Assembly (NCBI RefSeq): GCF_963921235.1
Contig: NC_086097.1
Span: 165,170,001-165,234,000, forward strand
Direction of reading: 5' to 3'
DNA length: 64,000 nt
From: Mobula hypostoma
Lineage: Eukaryota
In this document: positions 52,621-64,000 of the stretch, in pieces
Numbering within the stretch: the stretch's first letter is position 1
Layout: every line of letters starts with the position of its first letter
The notes under the pieces: model-generated
The model's input: only the letters and a program-made list of their open reading frames with translations
What the model was told of the DNA's origin: nothing
Database searches by the model: none
Made by a program: the position numbers and the translations under genes

Positions 52621-53849
52621 GGCTGTATAATGATTTGATCTGTATAAACAGTATGGTACTTAGTACATGTGACAATAATAAACCAAAAGCAAGGGCAATT
52701 TCTTCTCCCTTTGCCATCAGATTTCTGAATGGTCTGTAGACACTACCTCACTATTTGTCTTTTGCGCTGTTTATTTAGTTCTGCAACTTTTTGCAACATT
52801 TTTGTCTTGCACAGTAGTGCTGCTGAAAGCAACAAGTTTCATGACGTATGTTAGTGAAATCAACTTGATTCTGATTGTCGGAGAAAGTTTATTGATTTTT
52901 CTCTGGTTCGGAGTTCAAAGTACATCTATTATCAAAGTATGTATACTGTATGCAACCTTGAGTCTCATTATCTTGCATTCAGCCACAAAACAAAGAAACA
53001 ATATAGAACCTATTTTAAAAACCACAAAACAAAGACCATCAGACACCCAATGTGTTATTTTAAAAAAGTACAAATAATATATAAGTAAACAAATAACGCA
53101 CAGAGCATTGACCTCAAGCAATGAAAAAAAGATAAACTTTCAAGGTCAGTACAATGATGGACTGCTGGGATCATGACTAGCAATCCCTTGGATCCTCTCA
53201 TCTTTAGATTGATGGCAAGATAGGTGAGAAGCATTTTCTAAAATTGGGATTGTGAAAACATCAGTATATTTATATTTATAGACTGATATCCTGACAATTT
53301 AATGAATATTCAAGTTTGATATTGGGTCACTTAAAGCTAGTATCAAGTTTTATATATTCTTGGAGTAATGGGAAGAGATACAACATTTAGCTTGGGATGA
53401 GTCTGACATTGAGTGGTTTCCCACTTGCTGTCCTATCATGTCATTCTCCTGAAAAATTGAGTTGTGAAATGGTGAGAGAACATTCCCAGGGCGTTGTTGG
53501 GTACGAAGTTCCATAATTCAATTATTAATATTGAAAGAAAATCTATTGGCATGTCAGGATGGTAGTTCACTTCGAGGGGAATTTTCAACCAGCTCCAGGT
53601 GTGTAGGAGGTAAAGCTGAAGAAGCCTTGTGGAGATAATGCATTATGTTTTGCAAATAGTGCATCAGTATTGAGAGACAACTGATTTGTTCTACAGTTGT
53701 TGTGCTTCTTTGGCATTGTTGACCAACACACAAAGGAACTGGAGGAACCCAGTGGGTCAGACATCACCTTTGGAGGAAGCGAACTGTTGCTGTTCAGGGT
53801 TGAAACTCTGAAGTTGCTTTCAATAAGCAACTGAGCAGACATCCATTGT

Positions 53850-54860
53850 TTTTTTTTTGTTGCTATCTTGATGAAGGCCCAGTCAGGGTGGTCGCAAGCT
53901 TTCAAGGCTTCTCTCAAATATGTGTGCTCCTTGCCTTTAGCTGAAATGTTGGTTGGCACATTCTCTGCGCGGCAATAAGCCCCAATTTATGTTTTAATGG
54001 AGCATGAGAGTCAGACTGTAGGTACTGATCTGTGTGGGTTGATTTCCTGTAAACTTCAGTATCAAGATGTCCATTTTCTTTGGAAAAAGTACTGCACAAT
54101 CTAAAAAGGCCGGTCTATTGTTCTCAACGTCTTCTCATGTAAATTTAATGTTATTATCCACTGAGTTGATGTGTTCTGTGAAGGCTTGCAGCTCATGGAT
54201 TTTTTTATCTTGACCCAGGCCTCATCCACAGACCCGAGCCAATGACTGGGTGATGTTCCACTGAAGGTGTTCAAAGTTATCCTTTCTATGTCTTTGATGT
54301 ATAAGTTGGCTACAGTAGAGACACCGATGTACCCGTAGCACAACTGTGTTGCTGTAGAAGACATCTTTGTATTGCTTTCAGGTTAAATCTCGGCTATATA
54401 TCTACATCTAAGGACAAGGGACACTCCTTTGATAATGTGTACATTTTAGACAGGGAGGGCAGCTGGTTTGAAAGAACTGTTTAAGAAGCCATCTTTGTTA
54501 AACTGGAAAACCCATCCTTGAAAAGAGGGGTGGGGTACGACACCACCAATCAGCTGCTTCCAATGCAGTCCTAACATCTCTACTCTGGCATCTCCACAAC
54601 AGTTCACACCTCCATTCATGTAAAGATGAGACTAATGACCTTCTCATTACCCCTATGTCTCTTAACAACCCTTGTGTGATTGCTATACCTTTTTTTAAAA
54701 AACTCAAGAGTTTATAAGGCAGAAAACTACCCACCCTGGAACTGAATAAGCTCTCTTGGATGAGTGGCGAAGCGTCTTCTAGACAACACAACAAGTCCAG
54801 TTGCCTTGATCTACTACTGCTTGATATATAATGACTGGATGACTGAGAACCTTCATAGAC
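53850..54860. mobile_element. Second Penelope family (Poseidon-like) in inverted pieces
   Basis: Minus-strand RT thumb DTEVYRKSTHTDQYL..SHAPLKHK; plus-strand GIY-YIG end (WFER.VxEAIFVKLE.PSL) and a decayed hammerhead-like region near 54740-54780. Confidence 0.75.
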
Positions 54861-55023
54861 AAACATCCATTGCTTTGTGTTATGTAAATTGTAAATTTGC
54901 AGTGACTGAAAGGATACTGAGACCTTGCTCTTATAGTTCCTAGTGTACAATAACTCTCAGGATGACAATGATGAAGAAATTGACAATAATGCTGAATGTA
55001 TAAGTATCTTGCACTCATTCTGA

Positions 55024-55466
55024 AGGCTGATTTATATTTCTGCGTACGGGCTATGCCGTAGGCCTGATTTATACTACTGCATAACTCTACGCCGTAGCGA
55101 GCATGCGTTGTGTCTGCAACGCTCTGCAATTCGCTGCCAAAACACTAGTTGGCAGTGGGGTTTCTGTGCCACTGTGTGGGGTTTCTCTGTGAGAGACATG
55201 GACAAGGAAATGCATTTCAAATATTTTCGGATGTCGGCAGGTAGATTTGACGATCTGGTTCATCATCTTAAATCATTTATTTCGCATCAGTGTACAGACA
55301 TGGCGGAGAAAAGCAACTGGAAATGCGATGCTACCAAGCGGACCGATCATGGTTGTTGCGGTCTGCGACACGTGAGTTACTTTTTTGGGGGAGGTACACG
55401 TCACTCTACGTCATAGGGTACGTGGTACCTACGACGTAGAGTTGACGCAGAAATATAAATCAGGCT
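55024..55466 (+). mobile_element. Non-autonomous PIF/Harbinger element
   Basis: TIRs AGGCTGATTTATATTTCTGCGT / ACGCAGAAATATAAATCAGGCT; 3-bp flanks TGA/TAA; internal peptide [16 protein letters not shown] typical of the Harbinger transposase N-terminus. Confidence 0.8.
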
Positions 55467-56417
55467 TAAGTTTTACGTTTTAAATGTGTTCTTGTCTACC
55501 AATTATGGATGTATAATCCTGTAAGATTCTGCAACACTCTGCAATGAATGACAAATTGCATGGGTGTTAAAATGTCTGAAAGGGTATATTCTTTCACATA
55601 CAGTTTCACTTTTCTTAGATGTTCCTCTTGTAGGAAATTTGAATAATGAATATTGCAACAAGACAGATGGTTTACCGTATGTTTGGGATTACTGTCGGAA
55701 GTTAATGCCCTACAGTGCTTATGTAGAGCAATTCTGTCAGTGTTAATAGAAAAAAATGTATAATCTTTGCACAGTTATCAAAAGAACAGCCAATATATTT
55801 ACACAGATGTACAGATCTTAACAATTCTGATCTTTGCTTATAATGCAAGCTGGCCCTACTGATTACTCAAAAATATTCTTAATTTTTTCTTGACCTGAGC
55901 CTCAATATTGCTCATCAGTTGAGATTTCCTAAACTTGCCAGGTTTCCCCTTCACCCTAATAGGAATATGCAGCTCCTGGACTTTTGATATCTCATTTTTA
56001 AAAGCTTTCCACTTGTTTGTTCCTTTCCCTTCAAATAGGCTTACCCAATCAATCTTTGCTAAATCCTGCCTAAATCTCCAAAATTAACCCTAATATGTGG
56101 ACCGGTACTATCCCTTTCCATCACCATCTTAAAACTAAAATGCTCTCTGACTGCCACTTCAGTTATCTACCCTGTCTCTTTCACAGAATTGCACCTTTCT
56201 GAGTTACACCCACCATCAAGTTCTATAGGAGCAATTGGCTATCTTAAGCAACCAAACTAAAATTGGGAAAATGTTTCCTATCTAATTGTTCAGGAGTAGC
56301 CACTTTTTTTGTGAAAGGGAATTTAGATTAGGATTAACTGGGCTGGAAATAGAGCATTCTAATTTGTATCTGACATCCTTTTTTCAATTTCAGGAATGCA
56401 GAAATGATGAGGTTAGA

Positions 56418-56912
56418 GATAACACACAAAATGCTGGAGGGGACCTCAGTAGGTCAGACGGCAGCTATGGAAATGTCGATGTTTCGGGTCAAAACCCTTC
56501 ATCAGGACTGGAAGGGGAGGGGGAAGAAGCCAGAATAAGGTGGGGGAGGGAAAGGGGTACAAGCTTGGAAGGTGATGGGTGAAACCAGTTGGTAGGGGAT
56601 GAAGTAAGAAGCTGGGAGGTGATAGCTAGAAACAGTTGGAGAAAAATGCTGGAAAAGAATCAGATAGGAAAGGAGAGTGGACCATGGGAGAAGGGAAGGA
56701 TGAGGGACACCAGTGGGAGGTGATAAACAGATGAGGAGAGGAGGTAAGGGAGGAGCCAAAGTGGGGTATTTATTTCTTATCCTGGTTAAGGGTCTCAGCA
56801 TGAAATGTTGACTGTTTACTCATTTCCATAGATGCTGACTGACCTGCTGAGCTCCTCTAGTATTTTGTTTGTGTTGCTTTGGATTTCCAGCATCTGCAGA
56901 ATTTCTTGTGTT
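56418..56912. mobile_element. Penelope-like insertion with inverted junction
   Basis: Minus end with hammerhead core CTGATGA-AGGGTTTTGACCC-GAAA-CA-TC (56474-56510) joined to a plus-oriented decayed end from about 56778. Confidence 0.75.
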
Positions 56913-58264
56913 TAGATAGTTAAAAAAGTTCAAAGTACATTTATTATCCAAGTATGTATACTATATAAAACCTCGAGATTCATTTCAGCCGCAAAACAGA
57001 GACCCAATAGAACCCATTTTATGTGTACACACACACCATCAAGCACCAAAATATGCAGGGAATAAAAACAAATTGTTTAAACTGAAATTCATGAAAGAGA
57101 GTCCAAAGCCACAAAGCTAGTCATCATTGCAGCAGACGCAGGAGCCCACAGGTTGTTGGCCACAGCTTCAGTTCGGCACAGAGGTGACTAAACCTCATGG
57201 AACAGTGACCTAAACTGGCCCGAGCTTCTTCAGCCCCGACTACCTGACCTTTTCAATCTGGCCTCGTGCATAAAACATCCAAACCTGGGATCTTGCCTCG
57301 CTCTCTGGTCTGAGCTCTGTCGTCTCGACTGCATCCCCTCTGCTTACCTTAGTTTTGCTGCATTGAATCGCCTCCAAGTCCAGTCCAGCAATGACCAAAC
57401 ATAAGCTTATTCCTGCTCTTGTGTCCAGGCCAAGATGCCTCAATTCTGCCTGTACATGCCACACTACAACCTTCCTGCACCTTTGAGAATTCAGTTCACA
57501 ATGCAAAATTGCTGGGTCATACAGGCAGTCAGCAGCTCAGCTCCAAAAGGGAAGTTGTAGATCACTGATTGCAGTGATTGTATCTGAGAAAAAGTGTGAT
57601 TAATACAGTAGTTTTTTATTTTGTTTGCTACCTGCAAGATGTTGCTGTACTTCACCAGTGCCATCTTAAATCTCAAGTTGGAGGTAAGTATGTTTTACAT
57701 GTTGAGAATAATATTTGTTGCATCTAATTTTCAAACAGAAATACATAGATTTTTTTGTTTAATGAGGTCAGTTGAATGCATTATTATTGATTTGAAAGCC
57801 AGGGACTTGTTTTAAAATGGAGTACAATAGAAGTAACAAATGGAAAATGAGTGTGAAGTTAAAACATATCAGATTGTTATTCTTTGGAGCAGAACTGTAT
57901 TTCAGGTATAGGTACAGAGGGGGATGCCTAAAACTTAATTTTTTTGCCATTGTTTATTTAGTTACCTTTAAACTTAATTCTACTTGCACTATGTTGCACT
58001 ATGTAATGATCTCATCGAGTCGGCTCTGCCATTCAGTCATGGCTGATTTATTATCCCTCTCAATCCCATTCTCCTGCTTTATCCTCATAACCTTTGATAC
58101 CCTTACTAATCAATAACCTATGAACATCTGCTTTAAATATGCCCAATCACTCCCCTCTGGCTAAAGAAATTCCTTCTCACCTCTGTTCCAAGGGATCATC
58201 TTTCTGTTCTGAGGCTTTGCGCTTTGGCCCTAAACACCCCCACAATAGGCAACTTACTCTAGGC

Positions 58265-59395
58265 ACCCTGTCACACTCACCTCAATTATAAGCGAATGCT
58301 CTGAGAGGCTGGTTAAAGACTACATCTGCAACATGCTACTACCCACACTGGACCCCCTACAATTTGCCTATCGACGGAACCAATCTACCAATGAAAACAT
58401 AGCCACAGCACTACACATCATCCTCACTCACCTGGAGAAGAGGGATGCATATATTAGAATGCTCTTCCTGGACTACAGTTCAGCATTCAACACCATAATT
58501 CCCCCCAGACTTGACAGGAAACTCAGAGACTTCGGCCTGCACCCTGCCTTGTGCAGCTGAATCCTAGACTTCCTATCGGATTGTCGACAAGTGGTAAGGA
58601 TGGGCTCCTTCACCTTTGACCCTCAATACAGGTGTCCTGTGTCCCCTCCTCTACTCCCTTTACACCCACGACTGTGCTGCCACACACAGCTCTAATCTGC
58701 TAATCAAATTTGCAGATGACACGGCATTGATTGTCTTTATTTCTAGTGGTGACGAGACAGCCTACAGAGCAGAGGTTAATACCCTGATGCAGTGGTGCCA
58801 AGATAACAACCTCTCCCTCAATGTCCAAAATACAAAAGAGCTGATTGTGGATTACAGCTTGCCCCAATCATCATGGATGGGACTGAGGTTCAGAAGGTGA
58901 GTAGTTTCAGGTTCCTCGACACCAAAGATCTCACCTGCACTATACACACCGGCTGTGTGGCAAAAAAAGCACAACAGCATCTCACCTCAGGCAACTGAAG
59001 AAATTTGACATGAGCCCCCAGATTCTGAAGACCTTCTACAGGGGCACCATTGAGAGCATTCTGACTGGCTTTATCACTGCCTGGTATGGGAACTACACCA
59101 AGCTTGATCGCTGGGCACTGCTAGAAACTTCCCTCCATTGAGTACATTTACAGCAGCAGTTGCATAAAGAAGGCCTGGGGAAGATCATCAGGGACACCAG
59201 TCACCCCAACCATAAACTGTTAAAGCTGCTTCTGTTTGGCAAATGGTACCTCAGCATTAAAGCAACAACTATGGGACGGCTTTTTTCTACAAGCCATTAG
59301 TCTTATAAATTTGTATGTCTGTACATTGTGACAGAATCACAACACAAAGATTTTTACTCCCTCATGTTGTGGGATGGATGTAAGATTTAAATTTA
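58265..59395 (+). mobile_element. Rex1/Babar-like LINE RT fragment
   Basis: LDPLQFAYR..ST..ALH..LTHLE..YIRMLFLDYSSAFNTIIP and KFADDT (ORFs 58333..58560, 58616..58900). Confidence 0.9.
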
Positions 59396-59664
59396 AGTAA
59401 ATTCCTCTAACTAAGTTCAGATGAATTCTCCACATATCTAGGCCTTTCAATATTTGCTAAGTCTCAGTGAGAGCACCCCTCATTCTTCTAAACTCCAGTC
59501 AGTACAAGCCCAGAGCCATCAAACTCTCCTTGCACGTTAACTCTTTCATTCCTGAGTTCATTCTCATGAACCTCCTCTGGACCTTCTCCAGTGCCAGAAC
59601 ATCCTTTCAGAAAGGATCCTCATTCGGAAAAATGAGGGATGACCTCATTGAAACCCATCGACTG

Positions 59665-59726
59665 GTGAAAGGCCTTGACGGAGTGGATGTGGAGAGTGAA
59701 AGGCCTTGACAGAGTGGATGTGGAGA
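59665..59726 (+). repeat. 31-bp tandem duplication
   Basis: GTGAAAGGCCTTGAC(G/A)GAGTGGATGTGGAGA twice, one mismatch. Confidence 0.9.
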
Positions 59727-61939
59727 TGATGTTTCCTATGGTGGGAGAGCAAGACCAGATGGGACAGCCTCAGAATAGAGCTGTGTCCTTTCAGAACAGA
59801 GATGAGGAATTTCTTTGGCCAGAAAGTGGTGAATCTGTGGAATCCGTTGTCACAGGCAGCAATGGAGGCCAAGTCCTTGGGCATATTTAAGGCAGGGGTT
59901 GAAACAGATTCTTGATTAGTCAGGGCGTGAAGGGATACAGGGAGAAGGCTGAGAGGGAAAATGGATCAGCCATGATGAAATGGCAGAGCAGACTTGATGG
60001 GCCAAGTGGCCAAATTCTGCTGCTTTATCTTATGTCTTTTAAGAATCCCATAATTGCTCACAATTTTCCAAGTAGTGTTTTACACATGCCTTCATAAAGT
60101 CTCAGAATTACATCCTTGCTCTTGTATTCCGGTCTTCTTAAAATGAATGGTAACATTGCATTTACCTGCCTTACCACTGATACAACCTGCAAATTAACCT
60201 TTAGGAGATCCTGCATGAGGGCTCCCAAGTACCTTTGCACTTCTGATTTCTGAATTTTCTTCCCATTTAGAAAGTGGTCTATGCCTTTATTCCTTCTACC
60301 AAAGTGCATACACCATACACTTTCCTACACTATATTCCATCTGCCACTTTGCCCATTCTCCTAATCTGTCTACGTCCTTCAGCAAATTTCCTGCTTCTCC
60401 AACACTTACTGTCTTTCTTTGCATCATCCGTGAACATGGCCACAAAGCCATCAGTTCCATCGTTCAAATCATTGACATATAATGTGAAAAGAAACGGTTC
60501 CAAAACCTACCACTGTAGAACACCAGTAGTCATCAGCAACCAACCAGAAAAGACCCCCTTTATTCTGTCTTTTTGTTTTCTGCTGGTCAGCTAATCTTCC
60601 ATCCATGCAAGTATCTTTCTTGTAATACCATGGGCTCGTAACAGCCTCATGTGTGGCATCTTGTCAAAGGCCTTCTGAAAATCCAAATAAACAATAACTA
60701 CTAATGCTCCTTTGTCTATCCTGTCTGTTATTTCCTGACAACTCTGTAGGAAATACTTCCCCTTCAGGAAACAAAGCTGCTTTCAACCTTGTTTACCATG
60801 TGTCTCCAAGTACCCTGAAACTTAATAATCCTTAATAATGGACAACTTCCCAACCAATGAAGTCAAGCTAACTGGCCTATAATTTTCTGTGTTTTGCCTC
60901 CCTTACTTCATAAAGTGGAGCGATGTTTGTGATTTTCTATTCCTCCGGAACCATTCCAGAATTTAGTGATTCTTGAAGGATCACTACTATTGTCTCCATA
61001 ATCTCTTCCACTACCTCTTTCGGAACCCTGGGGTATAGTCCATCTGGACCAGATGACATGTCTAATGATATTGAGAGCCTGTTGAATGGCAGCTTTGAAT
61101 TAAATTTCTGGGAAGATCATAGGCAACTTCAGCATTTTGAATTTGCGATGTTAAAGGAATTTGAGTGTGTTTCTAAACAGACATGCAACACGGAAGCAAT
61201 CCTTTTCCCCCACCATTTGCATGATGCTCACTGAGTGCCCATCTAATGACATTGCATTTTTCAGTACTGGAAAAACCTGTAGCCTTTTATGCCTTGACAC
61301 TTCAGATGTTTGTCTAGGTACTTAAATGTTGCGCAAATCTGTCACCTTGCTACTCTTAAACAGTGCATTCCAGATTCCAACTGCCTTTAGTCTGAAAAAT
61401 GTCTTCCTCTGCCCCTTATCTTAAACATATTGATTTTTTAAATTCCTTTGTTTTGGAGGAAAATATCTCCCAATTTCTCCTTATCTCTGCCCTTCAAAAT
61501 ATTTGCATTTCACAATCGGGTCTCATTGCTCTCCTCTGCTTCAAGGAAATAAATGCAGCCGGTGCAGTCTTTCTCTCTCCATGACTGAAATGCTTCAATT
61601 TGGGCAACACTACTTGCACCTTTCTAGTGTAATTATGTCTTTCGTGTATTATGGTGACCAGAATGTCATGTAATACTTTAACTGGAACCTAAACAGTACT
61701 TGATAAAGTGTGCCATAACCTTCCGCTGTGTATCGATTGCTGTGGCTAATAAAGACAAGTACCCCATATACTAGTTTCACCAGCTTGTATACATCTCTGC
61801 CACCACCTTTAGGGGTAGTTTGTATATACCGGGTGCATCCTTGGACTCTACCATTCTTTGCAAGGGTGGTCTGCTACTTGGAGGGAATCTTGAAGTGATG
61901 GCTTTCCTTTACATTTGTTGTAACTTTCTCTATCTAGAG

Positions 61940-62019
61940 CAGGGGTTCCCAACATTGAGTTCACAGACCCCTTGCTTAATAGTATTGGTCCGTGGCATAA
62001 AAGTGTTTGTAACTCTCTG
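61940..62019. mobile_element. Small hAT MITE
   Basis: CAGGGGTTCCCAAC start, decayed right TIR, flanks ATCTAGAG/TTCTAGTA. Confidence 0.6.
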
Positions 62020-62379
62020 TTCTAGTAGGATCAGTTCCAGCTTGGAAAGGTTGTTTATATTTAGATAAAAAGCATTGGTGGGTCACTTCAAGGTATTTAT
62101 GTTACAACAGTGATGTGAATAATGTTAAAAGTGTCCAGTGGTTTGCTTGATTGGCTGGAGCTTTTTTGAATGTTGGGGCTGCATTCATCCAGGTAAGTGG
62201 GGGTATTAAAGAAACGAAGCTAGTCTAGTGTTCCAAGATAGCAGGATTAGAGAATGCTAGTTAATAATCGATATTGGGGCTTTGGTCAGGAAAAAGAAGG
62301 GTCCATATCTTGAGTATTTTCAGCTGGGACAAATGAAGCCCTTAGGTACAAGGGTTGTTGGTGGGCAGAGGGAACATGA

Positions 62380-63200
62380 GGTATCCTTGGAATAAAGGAA
62401 AATCCCAAACAATTCTATTTATATTAAGAGCAAAAGGGTAAATGGGGAGAGGCTAGGTCTCCTTCAGGATCAATTACATATGGGTTTTCCAGAGGTAAAG
62501 GAGTTCTTCAGTAGATACTTCTCATCATGATTTACCATGGAATGAACTAGTGAGTTCAGAGAAGTAAACACAAATTCCCTGAAAAATATCCACATTATGA
62601 ACAAGGAGGTGCTTGGCAGTCTTCAAGGACATAAAGGTGGACACATCTCTGGTACCTGGCAAATTGTATCTTTGGATGTTGTGGGAAGCAACTGTTGGAT
62701 CTTTGTTAGCCACAGCCAAGGTGCAGGAAGGTGGTTAATGTGTACCTTTAAGAAAGGCTGCAAGGACAAGCCAGGGAATTACAGGCAGGTGGGTTCAACA
62801 TCAGTGGAGGGGAAATTAACTGGAAAGGATTTTGAGAGACAGAAGTTATCTGCAGTTGGAAAGACAAATTGAGTAAGGTTTTGTGTCTGGAAAATAATGT
62901 CTCATGAATTTAAGGTTTTTGAAAATGTGACCAAGAGGATTGATAAGGGCGTGTTGGTAGATGTTGTCTCCATAGACCTTAGCAAGGACTATGACAAGGT
63001 CCCATGTGGTAGATCACATCCAGAGTGAACTAGCCAATTGGATGCAAAATTAGGTTTGTGATGCAAGACATGAGGATGTTAGTGAAGATTGATTTTTGGA
63101 ACGGAGTCTGTGATTAGTAGGTTGCCATATGGATTACTGCTGGGTTCCCTGTTGTTTGCCATTATATCTTAATATTTGGATGAGAATATACTGTATGTAG
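62380..63200 (+). mobile_element. Decayed CR1-type LINE RT fragment
   Basis: FKKGCKDKPGNYRQVGSTSVEGK and DVVSIDLSKDYDKVP remnants. Confidence 0.8.
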
Positions 63201-63899
63201 CATAGTTGCAACAGTGTGTCATGTGAAGTTATTGCTTGACTGATTAAGTGTTTTCCCCTAATCTCTATTGACTTCAGTTTTCCTTGGCCTTGCCATGCTA
63301 AGGCTGCATCACTATTGAGAGTAGTTAATTTCATATCAAGTTCCTCTTTTTTCCATTTTTGAAATTAAATTGGAGCCAATTGACCTTGGTAGGATCTTAA
63401 ATTAAGCTTTGGTCAGCATTTCCATCAACCTGAGTGTACTGATGGGCTGGATTAAATGTGTAAATTCATTGACCCCGTGAAAGATAAACTGGAAAATGCT
63501 TCAGTGGGTAAGGCAAGAGCCAGAGTTAACATTACAGGTCAAAGATCAACTCATCAGAGGTGTAAACAGGAATCACCTTAGTTTTTAAGTTGCAGAAAAA
63601 GTGGGGACCACCCTTTGAGATGGTGTGTTGTTCCAGAGAGAGGCCAAGTACATGTACAAGAGGTGATGTGGCAATGCATAGTACTGAGCATGGATCTTAA
63701 GAATACAGTTGTTTGAGAATGTTTAGATAGCTTGAATATGCCTTTGATCTTAGGTGAATTTGAATTAAGTAATCTCTGGTGGAATCAATTTGAACTGGAG
63801 ATGTTGCCAAGGAAAAGTGTGTAGCTGTGGTAGTGAGTTTTAGTGAACATATTGCAGATAAGAAGGCAACAGAAAGCAGTGAGGGTAAACAAGATAAAT

Positions 63900-64000
63900 G
63901 AGGTCCTGCCGAAGGTTTCAGCCCAAACCATCAACTGTATTCTTTTAACAACACACATAAAAGTTGCTGGTGAACGCAGCAGGCCAGGCAGCATCTCTAG
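63900..64000. mobile_element. Penelope-like terminal pieces, running off the window
   Basis: Plus-strand decayed hammerhead segment joined to a minus-oriented tail nearly identical to 18556-18610. Confidence 0.75.

Larger units (their letters stand above)
58005..61060 (-). mobile_element. Decayed CR1-type LINE with nested Rex1-like and CR1 insertions
   Basis: Minus ORF MHFGRRNKGIDHFLNG..QRYLG..YKSKDVILRLY and YLDFQKAFDK near 60660-60690; a plus-strand CR1 3' end is nested at about 59625-60040. Confidence 0.8.

Noticed and set aside
57660..57690. Exon ending at the strong donor GAG|GTAAGT
   Set aside because: The upstream sequence belongs to a retroposon end and no matching acceptor or frame was found.

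Overview
Eukaryotic, AT-rich, repeat-dense genomic DNA, most likely from a cartilaginous fish (ray-like). This is inferred from the mix of V-SINE/HE1-like, Penelope, CR1, Rex1/Babar, L1, Tc1 and hAT repeats. I cannot recognise any intact host protein-coding exon; the protein-like ORFs in the track that I can place are decayed transposon fragments. The clearest host feature is a CpG-rich, TE-free island at about 9.0-10.5 kb that looks like a bidirectional housekeeping promoter (clustered NRF1-like, ZNF143/SBS-like, CCAAT, CRE and E-box motifs, with divergent splice donors). The rest probably lies in introns of the two flanking, unidentified genes. Highlights: (i) many Penelope-like retroelement ends carrying minimal hammerhead ribozyme motifs, some with intact cores and often arranged as inverted pairs; (ii) a Tc1 element (16779-21455) holding four nested elements of four different classes, including a Helitron with intact ends and a foldback mariner MITE; (iii) a Buster-type hAT element carrying a palindromic MITE, found twice with the same junction; (iv) a solo LTR and a Harbinger derivative with identifiable ends and target duplications. 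I see no convincing evidence of a wholly new biological system. The findings are unusual instances of known element classes. Coordinates of decayed repeats are approximate unless termini or TSDs are given.
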